A DNA stretch of 64,000 nt from assembly GCA_025786725.1 (NCBI GenBank), contig JAHLTZ010000055.1, positions 1 to 64,000 on the forward strand. Direction: 5' to 3'. The position numbers were made by a program, and so were the translations under genes. The notes under the pieces are model-generated. The model was given only the letters and a program-made list of their open reading frames with translations, had not been told where the DNA came from and did no database searches. Numbering within the stretch: the stretch's first letter is position 1; each line of letters begins with the position of its first letter. Shown here one piece after another: positions 24,819 through 39,286 of this stretch. The stretch comes from Syncephalis fuscata S228. Lineage: Eukaryota > Fungi > Zoopagomycota.

Positions 24819-25986
24819 TTACATTGCCGCAATTATTATAGCCAAAAGTATAACGGTTAGAATGTTAATGGCACACATATATGACCAGTATCTTTCTCGG
24901 GGGATTTTGGAGCGTATCCAAAACAAACCAAATACCCAAAGCAATGGAAAGAGCCACCCAAAAAGCCAGAATACCATAACAAGAGGAATTGTTGTATTGT
25001 TTGAAATTGAAACTGTATCTCCTTGTCGTCTCCAGCGGCTATCACGGAGCGCCTCTTCATCTACTGGATCCTCCACTATGGTAAACCTTCCATGAGAAGC
25101 CACTGTGTATGTGCCCGGAGGCAAGCTTGTGTACACGGGACTTGGAGTGTAGCCAGGCGGTGGTAGCTCGGGGCTATACGGCCGATTAGTAGTTTTTGGT
25201 GGCGACAAGTGATAATGATACTCAGGAGGTGGAAACATAGTGGCTTCTAAGCCTGTGTTGCTATTCATAGCATGTGCTGGAACCGAAGCATCAGGTTTTC
25301 TGATGTGGCTATGTCGGTGAGGAATAGCAGGAGGTGAACTTGCATGACTATTCACGTTATTTAAGTCTGTATGTTGCATTGAAGTGCCAATGTTTGCCGT
25401 ATGACCTATGGAGTCACCGCAGCCATTCTGACGCTGTGGACTTGTAATCATATACGCCGGTGGTGGCGACCCACTACGTGAAATTTCACTTATATTGGTA
25501 TTGGATTGGCGAGCAGAAGTATGTTCATTAAGTGATCCAGTGTCTGTTGTTGGCTGTCTTGTTCTTATAGCTACATTACGAGTTGTTTGCTATCCAATGA
25601 AATTAAATTTAAAATATATAGTTAACATTTTACTGCTGTCTAATTATAACAAATTGCTTTTAGCTTAATATATTTACTTCGGGTTGACCGTGTACTACTT
25701 GAGGGACATTATCGATGGAATTGTCATGTTTACTGCTTTTATCGGATGGCGATTGTTCTGAAGAGGCCCTTGATATTATATCAAACTGGCTCGAATCGCT
25801 GCTATGTGATATAGCTGAATTCTCGATTTCTGCCACAGCCTGACTATTAACAACTCTTGGCTCGGGAACCTCCAAGTTAACATTGAGAAATCCATTTTTG
25901 GCTTGAGACAATATAGAGGAACTTGATAATGTAGAATCTTCTTCCTGCTCATCAGGCGACCTCTTGTCTTCACTGTTGTTATCCAT
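24819..25986 (-). CDS. Membrane protein with PPxY motifs and C-terminal TM hairpin; paralogue 2 (exons 25986-25678 and 25589 to about 24822; possibly a further short exon)
   Basis: A phase-0 GT-AG intron joins the two ORFs in frame. Contains PPAY, PPEY, PPGY and FWLFGWLFPLLWVFGLFW...RERYW. Confidence 0.75.
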
Positions 25987-26691
25987 TGCGTATCAAAGAC
26001 TAAATAAAAAAATACAAAGTAAAAGCAAATAAAGTTAAACAATGTCTTGTTACATTTTTGCTTCATCTACCGTCACACCTTTGTTTCACTTATTGTCGCA
26101 TAACTTACTAGAAAGCCTTAAATTGCTTGCTCAAATGTAAATACTAAATGTTTAGATAGGTACCATAAGAAAAATATAGTGCTTATTTGCTCAATAAAAT
26201 AACAACAGACTATATAATAAAATAAGTTGCGAGTTTAAAATGTTTGAGAAATAAAATAATATTGCGATAATTACAAATACTTTTGTCATGAAACATGTCT
26301 CACGTACAGCTATCTAAGGCTAAAGTTTACGTATTTATTCTTGATGTTGGGTTTGTTTAATTATCAACAAATAACAAACTAGATTATACATTAAAATCAG
26401 GAAGGAATTATTTTATTAGCATTTGCTAATAAAACTTTCAGATAAAATTGCCATTATATCGTGTTATAATCATACTGCTTCTTTGTCATTAAAAATTGAA
26501 TAGCCATAGCAAAAAACTATATAAATAATTTGGTTAATTTGTTTTAAAAAACAACATTAGTTTAAAACTTACCTTCAATACCATGGCAATAGATGGCTAA
26601 AATTCTTACTAGTCAGCCTTCAAAACTACTTTGATTAACTGCCATATCTTTAAAAAACATTAGCCAAATTAATTGGAAGCCATTTACTAGC

Positions 26692-27309
26692 CTACCTGAT
26701 GCCGACGACTATTGAGACGATAAGCGATGACAACGCAAAACAAAAGTTGATCCAGGCCCAAAAGCGCACACGCGAATGGCGAGAAGTTAGCCAGTAACTG
26801 CCGATAAACCATAGGATAGGAAAGCAGAAACCAAAGATAAACAGCCAAAAGGTTACCGGCAAGCCGCAGCAGCCGGGAGCTGATCCTCTTGCGCCTGGAT
26901 TTTCATCTGGATCAAAACCACGCGCTTGCTCCAAATTATTGGGCGTGTTTTCTAACACTACCATCGGCGGTGCCACATGTCCCTTTTCCTTTATATGAAC
27001 GCCTTGTTCTTTGCTAGCGACAACTGGCATTGTGAATGGATGTGTATCTTTTTCTTCGTGTACTTTATCTGGATACAAAGGTGCAGTATATGTATAGTTT
27101 TCTGAGGTGGCTGCATGCTCATTGTCCTTGGATGACAGTTTACTACCATGATCTTCGGCTAGACTGACTTCATCCCAAGGCAAGTGCTTTGTATCCGATT
27201 CCAGTGGTTCTGTTTTATTGATTGCCAAGTATTCATCAACAATCTCCTTTCCCTTAGCAGATTTATTGCTTGGCGCACCAGACGATAATGGGACCATAGG
27301 AATTGACAT
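26692..27309 (-). CDS. Membrane protein with the same C-terminal TM hairpin; paralogue 3
   Basis: PGCCGLPVTFWLFIFGFCFPILWFIGSYW...RVRFW. A possible splice donor (GTAGGC) lies at the ORF end. Confidence 0.75.
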   Translation of the reverse strand: MSIPMVPLSSGAPSNKSAKGKEIVDEYLAINKTEPLESDTKHLPWDEVSLAEDHGSKLSSKDNEHAATSENYTYTAPLYPDKVHEEKDTHPFTMPVVASKEQGVHIKEKGHVAPPMVVLENTPNNLEQARGFDPDENPGARGSAPGCCGLPVTFWLFIFGFCFPILWFIGSYWLTSRHSRVRFWAWINFCFALSSLIVSIVVGIR

Positions 27310-28556
27310 TTCACGCCAAGGCTATAGCTACTGCTGCTAGTTGAATATTTTTATGAATGATCAAAATAGCTGCTAAAATAGAGGTGTTTTTTTGTATATA
27401 TTATATCTGGATATTATGAATAGCAGCTGATTTAATGTTGCTTTAGTGATAACTGACTTGCAGCTATACGAATTTAATCCATAGAAAATGTGATATTGGG
27501 AGAGTGACAGTAAACAAAGATTGTACAAGTCAATTATAAAAGCTATTTGACGCCACCAGTGCGCAAATACAACAATAACAAAGATCTTGGTTTAAAAGCG
27601 ACAAAAGAAAATAGCAAAAGCAGAATATACTAATCCAGCGTTTAAATAATTGTCGACAAGTAATTACTGACTGCCATGCCATTTATGAATATTTTGGCGT
27701 GGCGTCTTTAGTTTGTGACGCACTAGATCGTTGCATTGCGTCATTTTCGAGTATATTTTGTATATTAAATTATCAATTATACAACGAAAAAATAAAGGTT
27801 GTGAAATATTTATGATGTTGTAGTTGCTATGGTTTTCAATTTAGTAGAGATTTTACATGTTTATATTATTTTATTTACAAGTCTATTGATATAAGCGCAT
27901 TTACTTCATTTAGAATTGCTTCTATAAAACTTAATTTTACTAGTACTAACTTTTTAATACTGGAAATACTAATCAACTGCTATTTCAATAAATAGTGGCG
28001 ATAAAAGCTTGAAACTATTGTGAATGTATATTGTGTTTGTAGTAGTATTTTTGCAGCTATTTTAAAAATGACAACGTATGGCAATAACACACCAGTTGAT
28101 CGTATAATAAAATATGCATAACATTATTCTGTAGCAACAAAGGCACTAAAGCTATTGTGCAAATGGCTTGTATAGCTGAATAAGAACAATAGCGGCAGCA
28201 TGGCCATTGATGGCCAATAAGTGCAGCAGTGGCAACACTTGGCTGCCATCAAATGTTATTGGTGCCCATCAATATCTAGCTAATTCTAATTTAGTTGACG
28301 AATACCAGCAAGCGGAATAAGAAGCAACAAATTATTTGACGTCTTCCTATCGTGTTGGACAGTTTGCCACATCTTGACATTCACTATACCATTTACTCGC
28401 TTGTTGCCAATATTCCTACTTTATATAAGCTTGCACATGTGTGTATTTATTATTGCCAACATTATTAGTATTCTCCAACTGTAACGACAGCACTCATTGC
28501 TATTAGTGTTATTTAAACAGCATTTTAAATTTGGAATAGGCGGCGCTGTCGTATTT

Positions 28557-30711
28557 ATGCCGACGCAACTTTACACAGCTCCTTATCTCTTTTTCCTCCT
28601 CTATCTACTTCATCTTGCAGTCATCAAACGTAGCAAAGTGCAGTACACTTGTTTTTTGGTACAAGATATTGTAATTCCATTCAATTCAGCGTGATATTCA
28701 ACGATGCGATTTGCCTGGAGCTTGATAGGCATCGTTTTCCTTATCATAGGCAATATTGTATACATACAAGGCGAGGTGACTCTACTGGTAAGTATAACAA
28801 CGATAGTTTGTATACTGGCTTACCAACAATGATTTTATGATGTAGGATTCAAAACAACGATATACAGTAAGTGACCATAATCAACTGAATTATCAGTTAA
28901 CGAATATTTGTATGAAATTAGTCGTGTAGTGCTCGATTTGGAGGAAGATTGGTGGCATCTTATGCACCACGCGATGTCACTCAAGACAGTGGCTGGGTGT
29001 GGTCCTTTTGGAACAACTACTAAATTACCACACCAAAGGCATTTTATTAAGTAGAAAGCTGGTACGACAGCTAGAATACCAGATAGAAAAAGCCATAACA
29101 GTAGCTTTTACTTCGCGTCTAATATTTATGAAAATACCACAACCGGAAAAGATATAAAAGAAACAACTGCAGTTGATAATCAGTTTCAACAAGAGGACGA
29201 TACCACCTCATCAGACCATTCGGCTACTTCATTTCCACCCCCCAGTCCAATTCGTCTATTTACTAGTGTTACAGGCCCGATTGTTCCATTTGAACTTGTT
29301 CAGCGAGGCAATCGGCGTGGCTGTCATCCAGTTACGCCATCAGAAGTTGATAAAATGCTAATGGAAAACAATATATCTATCGAAACTCGCTTTTCAGCGA
29401 TGAAGCGATAAAAACCAATACGTTTAGCGCTGGCTATTTATCAACTACATCAAGTGATAATAATAGCGAGCCTATCGACAAAATACCTTCATGTTGGATA
29501 CTCATGGATGGATAGCATTAATAGAACGTGGTAACTGTGGTTTATAGAAAAAATACGTCACGCACAAACTGCTGGTGCTTCAGCCGTTATTATCGGCAAC
29601 CATGAAGGCATTGGACTGATATCTATGATTGCTGATGGTAAGCCCAATTAAATATTTGATTCAATAGCGTAAAATAACATTCAATAGAGGATGCATCGGA
29701 TATACGTATTCCAGCCGTATTTCTACGACGTCATTGTTATCGTGATTTATTACATAAAGCAACCGAGAATGCTACATTACCAAATGTAAAAATTACGGGT
29801 GACACACTTTCTTCATGGTAAAAATATGATAATAATATTAATTAATTAATTAAATGTAATGTTTTTACTTAAATTTAATGTTTTTAGGTTCTCTTTGGAC
29901 TCATTTCCAGCCACTTGGCTATTCTATACAATGCTAATCTACATTGCCATGTCCGTCTTATGGGCTGGATGGCATGTATTCTATGGTCCTATTCGATTAC
30001 CCATCTTTAGAGATGCTTATTCGATCCGATTCGTGGCCATTGCCGCGCCGATAGACGATGACGCAGCCGATCCAGCTAGCCGCGTTGAACACGCACGCCG
30101 TACACTACGCCAATTAACAATAAATCTGCAGAATATATGGCGTCGACACAATAGCTGGCGAGCCGCCGAAGAACAAGTACGCCAAATCCCCATGGTACTA
30201 CACTCCTCCGCCGAGGCACAAACCATTGAAGATTTCCCTACTCGCTGTCCCGTCTGCTTAGAAGACTTTGTCGACGATGAACGGCTACGCCTATTACCAT
30301 GCCGACACCGCTTTCATGTTGACTGCGTTGATCGATGGCTTGTTACCCAACGCCGTTTGGTAAGTATTAGATCTACATGTATCATCGCCACTATGCCTTA
30401 CTAATATCGTGGATGTCAAACAGTGCCCAGTATGTAAACAAGATGCTGTAACACCTAACAATGAAACTAGGCCCCCACGTGAGTCCACCTCGGCCACGAG
30501 CCAGGTTCACTTGGCCACACCGCCATCTTCAAACATTACATCAACTAGCGAGTCTAATGACGATCAACTGCCAAGCCCACCTGTTTCAAATGGTGACATA
30601 CAGCAGAGCGCTACTGTTACAGGTGATCCAGTAACTACACGGCCAGTTAGTGAATCCTCTACTCACCTGTTAGAAGATAATCAACTGCCAGCTAATTACT
30701 GGTCCCTTTGA
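28557..30711 (+). CDS. PA-domain transmembrane RING-H2 E3 ubiquitin ligase (RNF13/RNF167/Goliath-like), multi-exon
   Basis: PA domain WIALIERGNCG...KIRHAQTAGASAVIIGN, a TM helix, and RING-H2 CPVCLEDF...LPCRHRFHVDCVDRWL...CPVCK. The start and 5' exons are uncertain. Confidence 0.82.
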
Positions 30712-32238
30712 TAATCTGTTATCATACTAGCTTGTTTTACCATTCCATTTCCACTCCTCGTGTACTGTTTCATCTATCAATTTAAGCTAATTTGAATTGC
30801 CGTATTCATAGCCATAAAAATAAAAAAATACCCTTTTTAATACTAAAACGTTTAGTTCATCTTTTTATAGCACTGATGATCATCATAAATGGTACATTTT
30901 ATTATAACGTGATGCTAGTAGCTGTCTATACATAGATTGATGGATAAAGAGAGCATGAGCCTACACGTGCAATTCAGTGCCTCTCGTTTCGTTTTTTGCT
31001 TCTCCTTTTTAGTTTACTTGTTATGTCCTTTTTCTTTCTCCGCACTGATAATAATAATAATAATAATAATAATAACTATTATCTACATCCATTGTTGTTT
31101 TCTTACCTCGTGACGTGTACCGGTTTTGGGTACACAGCCACATGGATCAACTGGCCAACCAGCATTGGACCAGGTGCTTAACATTTGACTACACACATCA
31201 CATCGATATTGAATGTATGTATGTATGTATGTATGTATGTATGCTGAGTGGTAAGGCGGATGAGCGTATGCGTACATATCTACGCATGTATCGGTCACAG
31301 CGCACAGATATGGCCTTGAAAGTCAATTTAACCATATATGCTTGAATAAACCGCTACTGCTATTACATCTACTATTATAACAAGTATTGCTGCCAACCAT
31401 TTTCCTTGCTTTTTTTCCTACGTCTATTCTCCTTAATGGTCGGTCTATTTGTCGGTCATTTGTTGGTCAATCAATCTATTTGACTACTATTGCTACTACT
31501 AATACTACCATTGCTACTGTCTCCTCGGTGTGGTCCCAATTCACACGGCCGTAGTTACTTGTCCGCCTTGTGACATTTGGTCATTTGGGCCCCTTTTTCC
31601 ATCCTCATCTCGTAAGTACGACACATACCCACACACTGTTATCTATTACAAACACACATACACGCACGAATCTATTGCCTTTTTTCCATCACCTCCTTTC
31701 TCTCTTACAAACACACACACACAATCTCCCTTTATTTTATAACTCTCAAGTATAGTCGTTGCTGTTATTGTTGCCATTGTTATTGTTATTGTTGCTGTTG
31801 TTGCTTTTACTCTACTGGTAGTGAGTGGTGCCCGTACCATCTTTTTTACTTCTTTGTATTCTCTTACTCTCTCTCCTTCATTCTCATAGCTTCTCTTTCT
31901 TTCCCTATACTCGTACTCTTTCTTTCTTTCTTCGAAACCTGACCACCACTGGACACTATTGTCATTGTTGTCACCGACTTGCAAACTGTATTATTCGTTG
32001 ACAACTATTTCTCACTTAAACTTGCACGATTGACTGTCGCTACAGCCAACAACTTTTACTATAACTACTGACCGCACTTACTACCTATTACCTACTTACT
32101 ACTACTACTACTACTACTACAATACTATTATTTTCATCATCAGTGTCAAGTAACGCTTGCAACGCTGGTTCATCTTCTAATCTAGTCCTCGCATCTGTCT
32201 CTTGCTTTTTCATTTTTGCTTGTGTTTGCTTTCTCAAT

Positions 32239-33659
32239 ATGGGTGGCCTTTCTTCAAAGAACCAGGCAGATGGTCCTGATCTTAATATTGACCTTGAGAG
32301 TAAGTGGCACATCTATTGCTTGACTATATGTGTGATGACAGGCCAGCACGTGGTTGGTCATGCCTGATTGTCGGACCAAATGACTGGACGACTAAATGTC
32401 GGTCAGTTGGTTAGCTAGTTTGTTGTCTGAGTTATTTGATCGGTCGTACAAAACTGGAGAGCCAAGGACTTTGTGTATAAATAGTTTTGATTATTACATA
32501 ACGTTTTAATTATGGATCCATGGATATCTCATTATGGGTATATTGATAACTAACCATTGATTTCAATTTTGATGATATAGATGCAAAGCCAACACCCGAT
32601 GAGGCTGGCACTTACGCACACGTTCTTAATCTACTTCGTCCGACTGTGCGTATTCTAGCTACGCTACGGGAATATCAAGGCTGCAACGAATATATTCGCC
32701 AAGCCATTTCCAATCCTTGTCCTGAAACGGAAGAAGCAGCTTGGGATGCCGTCTGCCCAGCTGTTGAAAGATTACGTGAATTTTACGAATATGCGGCTGC
32801 ACTAGAAGACGCAGTTCCGCTACTTTTAACCGAGTTGGTCAAGACGGGCGGTGACAACTCGGAACAAGATGTCCATCCGGATTCAGAGAGTGCTGCAGTA
32901 TATCGTTCTCTTGAACGCCAACCAGCACTAACTCGTCTTTTCGCCGATATTATGGACTTTATCTTTGAATTTGACGATCTTAAGGTAGGCGTGTTATTAG
33001 TAGATGGTGTGCATTGTACTTATGCTATTTATCTAGATGGCCAATCCTGCTATTCAAAACGACTTTTCCTATTATCGTCGTACTTTGAATCGTCTTAAGA
33101 TGAGCAGCCAGGTAAGTTTTAAATAATATGTTGTGTATAACATACTCTATAGGGCAGTGTTGCCATTATAGGTTATGCTTTTATACCCCTATCTAATACA
33201 ATATCGATTTATTTATAGATGGCAATGCGTACTCCGGTCGTTAATGACGAATTGGCCAACCGAATGTCGCTCTTCTACGCGCACCATACACCGATGGTCA
33301 AGACGGTTATTGATGTGACTTCAAACTTTGTATCAAGCCGTCCGGATGGTTTCCGTGTAGCCGATGTTTTGGCAGGATTAGCCGGCGTTTGCTACCATAC
33401 AGTTGCTAAACAACGTCTTACGCATCCAGATGCCGTCTGCTTCTGTTTACGCGTTCAAGTTGCATGCACAGTACTTTACGATCATATTCACCCAGCCGGT
33501 GCATTTGTTCGTACAGCACCGGTTAATATTCGCAATATCGTTCGGGTCTGCAATGAACACGCACCACAACAACCAAGTTTAGTTAACGCGCTCCGCTACA
33601 ATACACGACACTTGAACGATGAAACGACGCCAAAAGCACTTCGACAACTATTAGCTTAG
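32239..33659 (+). CDS. FAM49: CYFIP-related Rac1 interactor (CYRI/FAM49), multi-exon
   Basis: MGG N-terminus (Gly2), IDLE-NAKPT, IRQAISNP, MANPAIQNDFSYYRRTL, ANRMSLFYA, YDHIHPAGAF, LRYNTRHLNDETTPK. Confidence 0.9.
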
Positions 33660-35872
33660 AAAGAATATTCTATACACAAGTTGGATAATACTAATATCCG
33701 CACTACTACTTGCTGTTTTAGTTATTATTATTATTATTATTACTATTATTATTAATCTGTGTTGGCTACCTTTTGTTCAAGAATGTGAGCTACCAGATAG
33801 TACTTCGTTGTCGTTGCCGTTGTTGTTGTTGCCGTTGTTGTAATCTTGAATGTTCGATCATTCAACTGTTCTCATCTATTTCCCGCTCTTGCCTTTTCGT
33901 CTTTCCATTTCTCTCACTTGGTTTAATGCGACGATTATCATTCGATGACGGTTTGTCCCTGTGGTTCAGACTGTCGGCGTCCATTATTCCGTCGTACTTT
34001 CATGCGCGATTGGTTTACATTCATTGACATGTTATGTAAACGATATTTCATCTCGTCATCTCATCTCATTGTCTTATTTTATCATATTCATTCACACATA
34101 CAAGTACGGAATTAATTGCATTACCAGTATCTAATCTATATTAAAATTACGAGCTAAAAAACAATCAATATTAAACAATTCATGTAATAAATGTTAAGGA
34201 AACTATTTTAGTTGAAATTTATTAATAATAAAGTCGGAGCAAAAATAGTTTTGGATAGAGTAAGACTGGACGAGTATAAATGATATATAATGTGATAAAT
34301 GTATAGCGATAAGATGTATGAAATGATGTTGAAGTTATAGTGTATATAACGTAATGAGTAGAGTGAGTGGAATATATAGGAACATATAAACAGTAGAATG
34401 GTGATGATATAGGTAGATTGAGAATGATGAATCGATGATGAATAGTTAAACTTTGATGTCATTCACCATCCATCATGATGTTCAATAGATTAAATTTTAT
34501 TAAATTTAATCATTTGACCACCAAAGCAATTGAATAACTAGTAAATTGAAGTAGCGATGAAAGAGTTGTTCAAGTGGTGGAATAAAACAAAAATAGAAAC
34601 CAATCGCATAAAATCAAGTATAATTATACTAAATGCTACAAGTTCTTTCGATCGGCTACTATTTTATTGTAAAACTATGCTTGAATCATTTTTAATAAAA
34701 GTTCAACACCGCATAAATGTAATATAGATATTGAATTGCGTCATATGAGCGATTTTAGTCGTCGCAATCCAAATCTCTTGTTATTTTTGACTGTATTACC
34801 GACTAGCACGTTCTAAGTCGCGATAACTTGTCGTGTGAGTGGCACACGACCATGTTCATTGTCTCATTTCCCGATTTCATGTAGCAGTTTGAAAATACCG
34901 AGAAAAGGGCTGATTCAAGTTGGGCGATTCGGAAATAAATAATACCATGGTGGCGGGATAAACAACTAATAAATAGTAAAAAACTTGTTTCGTAAATGAG
35001 GCCTTACTATTGTGCCACCTAATAATCAATGTAAAGCAGATCAGTTGTCTCTGATATCAAAAGCATCTCATTTTATATCAGGCTTGTGCACAATGTTTAG
35101 AGTAGTTGGCCATTTGATACCTGTTAAAACATGTGCAAAGGAAATGTGCTGACGACAAAACCCCACAGTTCCGCTTTTGTATTGTGCTAACATATGATGA
35201 AATGTCAATAGTGGGCAGGATCATAACGTGTAAATGTATCCTAAAATACTCAATAAACAAGACTATACATTGGTAACTATCCTGTTTAATGCAAGCAGAT
35301 CACATGGTGATACTTTTCTTACACTAACTGGTCGGGTCGGCGTTGAAGTTTATATTGATTTAATTAGCAATGCTTAGCAATGATATTGGTGTATTCACGT
35401 ATAATGAAAATAAAAATAAAAATAAAAATAAAAATAGCACAGTAGCAAACATGAGCAAAATTAACTGGACAATGGTCTTGCAATACAAGTATAGTTGAAA
35501 CAAAGAGTCGGGAGTGCGGAGCTCAATACTGCGTCGTGGTGTCATTATCTAGACCATTGGCGTCAGGCCAATCGTGATTGCAGCTATGACCGGTTTAGGC
35601 GAATGAGAGAGTGGGAATGTGTGCATACTTACCTGTCCATTTTTGATTAACTATACGAGTCCTTGTTTTATTTGTATGTCGCCTTGCAGGCTACAGGTTA
35701 TTATCCAATGCTGGGTGGACCGACATTGTGGATCATAGACTATAAAAGACGTGCCGTTTCTTGGCTGCTAAATGATTTTGAACAACCGTTTTTCTCCCCT
35801 GTAATTCGTTTGCTTTTAAGCAATTATTCTATTCTATTTAACGTATCGTTATCTTGCACACACACACACATT

Positions 35873-37843
35873 ATGGTATCCCTTGAAAAAACACCTACAC
35901 AAGAGGTGTCGCCGAGAAAATCGAATAATCCATTTACTCGTTTCGTTCTTTGGCATTATGGGTAAGTAGAGGGCATAGCTTACCAATATTATGTATTAAT
36001 TAGTCAATGGTGTTTTATCTTTATATAGTAATACAAAATCCGAACGCACTGAAGCTCAAATTATTGCAGAGCGTCGAATCTTATGCTTTCAGTTTCAACG
36101 TTGGATGTTATTGCCAGCAGCCTTCTTAATTCAATTTGCACTTGGATCTATTCATGCCTGGAGCGTGTTTAATAGGCCAGTCGATGAATACATCTACGGC
36201 GATGGTCAACGAGGTATGTTTTATTGTCTTTATGTGTAGTTAGTTCGTGTGGACTAATAAGTTAATTGTAATTGCTATAACTATAAATATAGGCATGGCA
36301 CCCACCACCTATTCGATTCTTATTCTATTCAATGGTATAGCCGCATCACTTATGGGCCCATGGCTGGAACGACATGGACCACGACCAAGTCTGATTATTG
36401 GTGCTTCGCTCTTTGCTCTTGGACATCTTATTGCTGCTCTAGGCGTTTATGTGCGTCAAATATCCGTCGTCTACATAGGCTACGGTGTTGTCACCGGCTA
36501 TGGTCTTGGTCTATCGTATATCTCACCTGTATCCACGCTGCAGAAATGGTTCCCTGATCGTCGTGGTTTTGCCGCTGGTTTTGCCGTTTGTGGATTTGGT
36601 GCAGGCAGTATGGTGTTTGCTAAGGTGCCACTTCCTGTAATGCACGTCGTGGGTCTCCCATTGACATTTGTCATTTTGGCTGCTATCTATTTTACCATTA
36701 TAATTGTTTCGTCGCGAGTGATGCGTACTCCACCGCCTGGATTCGTTGTAAATGGCATGAGTTCCGACGGTGTTGCCATGGAACTTGATAGCAATGGTCA
36801 ATATGTGCCGGTTAAGAAGTCTGAAGACAACAAAGAGGCTGGACCAACACGTATTCAATACACGCTTATCGAATCGCTAGCCAGTCGTGAATACCGCCTA
36901 TTGTATCCGGCATTCTTGGCCACTTGTCTACTAGGTCTCGTTTCCATTGCTCGTCTCTCGGACATTGCATCCAATCTCTTCCATGTCGATAGTGACATGG
37001 CTTCAACTGTCGTTTCTGGTAAATATCCAATTTATTTACAAAATGAATTATATTAACATTTTATTATTTCTAGGTGATGGTGCGTTTAGCATTATTGGTC
37101 GTATTCTATTTGCTTGGTCATCCGATGCTATTGGTCGCAAGTTTACACTCGTCACCATGTTGGTCATCCAAATTATTTGCCTTATTCTTATGATTATCTT
37201 TGCCAATACCGGTGCCTTCTGGCCGTTTACCATTGCTATCTGGGTGGTTACTGCATGCTTTGGTGGTGGCTTTAGCGTCATTCCCGCCACACTTACCGAT
37301 CTCTTTGGCAGCAAGAACGTCGGCGCCTGCCACGGGTAAGTTACAGTCTATTATTTTACAAAATATGGGCTATTACAACAAGTGTGATACATATACTAAT
37401 CATATCCGCTATTCTACAGTGTCATTCTTACCGCTTGGGCCATTGCTGGTGTAGGTGGTGGTTTCTTGTTCACCGGTGTTTACAATCACCTACGAGCAAA
37501 CGGCTACACTCCGGCCGATCCATATATTTATAATGCCAACTTTTACTGGGTATTGGCCATTTGCATTGTGGGCGTTATTATCGAACTTTGCATGCGTATG
37601 AGTGTTCGTGATCGTCTATTCCCGCCTGTGGCCGGTCAAATTACGCGGTTCCGCTTTGGCTCACGAATGGTACGCATCAGTACTACTCGCGGCATTGAGA
37701 TGTTGACAAAGGAGACCGAAGATAACGAATGGAATGCCTTCTGGACCGCTTACCAACCTCCTCTTGAGTCAGAGATTGTACCGGCATCCACAGTTAAAGA
37801 AATCGCTTGTAGCGCAAAAAAGACTAACACCGTGCCTGTTTAG
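35873..37843 (+). CDS. MFS transporter, oxalate:formate antiporter (OFA)-like, multi-exon
   Basis: LGSIHAWSVFNRP, GPWLERHGPR, GLGLSYISPVSTLQKWFPDRRGFAAGFAVCGFGAG, SDAIGRK, FGGGFSVIPATLTDLFG. Confidence 0.9.
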
Positions 37844-38171
37844 TTACGAAAGCTAATTATAAAACAGAGCAGGTGTTATTCGTTAGCAATTTTGTTTAAA
37901 TAATAAAGTACATAATCTTCCCTCTATTGAAAGCTACTAAAATGATGATATATACATTTCTCATTATAAAATTTAATTGTTAGGATAAATTGCGATTTAT
38001 TGATTTAGCAATGCTATTAAACTTTGTATAAAGTAAAAGTTACTAAACTAAACACACATTTGTATAACTGCAGTATATTCAGATATACGTTGTTTAGCTA
38101 GTATTAACACGCTATAATTACGAATGATAAGTCTATGGAATACGATCATTATTACCCCTTAGTAAGCTTGC

Positions 38172-39286
38172 TTAATTGCCATTATTTCTTGAAGAACTCG
38201 CTTGACGATTGGTAGAAGGTGTCCAATAGTTTATAGGATCCCTAAAACTCTGGTCATTTTCTGACGAATATCGATAATAAAAAGGCGGGTGAATTGTCGG
38301 TATCGCTAAATCTTTGTATTCCTTTCTAACATGTTTTACTGCATCTTTGAACTGCAAAGACGGTTCAATTTTCCGATAAAAAATGGCTAGACAATACCAT
38401 AGTCGATTATTCATTTTCTCAATTTCAATATCATACACTCGTCCATTAGAAAAACGCCCAACCATATCTAAAGGACGCACACGATCAACGGAAGTAAATG
38501 TTATGCGATCACCATCGATGCATCCATCTAATAGTCGTATAAGCATATTGGCAAGTACAGACAATCGGATATTCAACTCACTGTGCTTAATGGCGTCAAT
38601 GATCGACCACCCCTTTGTCTCCATGTCTTTTATAACTATTTAGTTGATAGTTAGCATAAGGTTATTGTAATTGGTATATACTTACAACCTACAAGGTTTG
38701 AAAATCTAGATTTTGCTACTTGTGGCGTAACAGATTCAGAAATACTATAGGTATAAATGGATTCCTTGCATTGTGGATTCACAGCCATATAGCAAAGATA
38801 GCCATCATTTAAAGTAAATTTTTTAACAATAGAATAAAAGGAGCTTGGCGGAGAATTTGATTCAAATACGTTGAAATCTCCAGAATACATATCCTATCAA
38901 TAAAGCATTATGATTAGTGCTTAAAATAATAATGTATATACTTACGTTGTATAGGTTAAAGGCCCAGTAATTTGTTTGTTTATTTCTGCATATAACTCTG
39001 GATTGGGCTGATAGGATTGTTTACATAATATTTTCCTTCCATAACATAAGCGCCATTCCTTTCCACTGCATTATTATTAAGGGTAAGACCTTTAATATCA
39101 AATGCGCCAGATCGGCCTAATTGATACCCAAAAACAGGATCTATGTTTATAATATAATATTACTATTGCAGTACAAGTTTACTATACTGTTACCATTTTC
39201 ACCGAATATCAGTTTAAGCATTGCCATACTTTGCCCAGCTGACAGCAGCACTATTAATGGTAAAAATATTTCGCTCCAGATAGCAT
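38172..39286 (-). CDS. Lineage-specific putative secreted protein, copy B (3 exons; apparent single-base homopolymer frameshifts)
   Basis: Hydrophobic leader LPLIVLLSAGQSMA. Exon structure and sequence are colinear with copy C. No known domain was recognised. Confidence 0.6.

Noticed and set aside
28150-28245. Ankyrin-like string PLLHLLAINGHAAAIV on the minus strand
   Set aside because: A single short match with no supporting ORF or further repeats.
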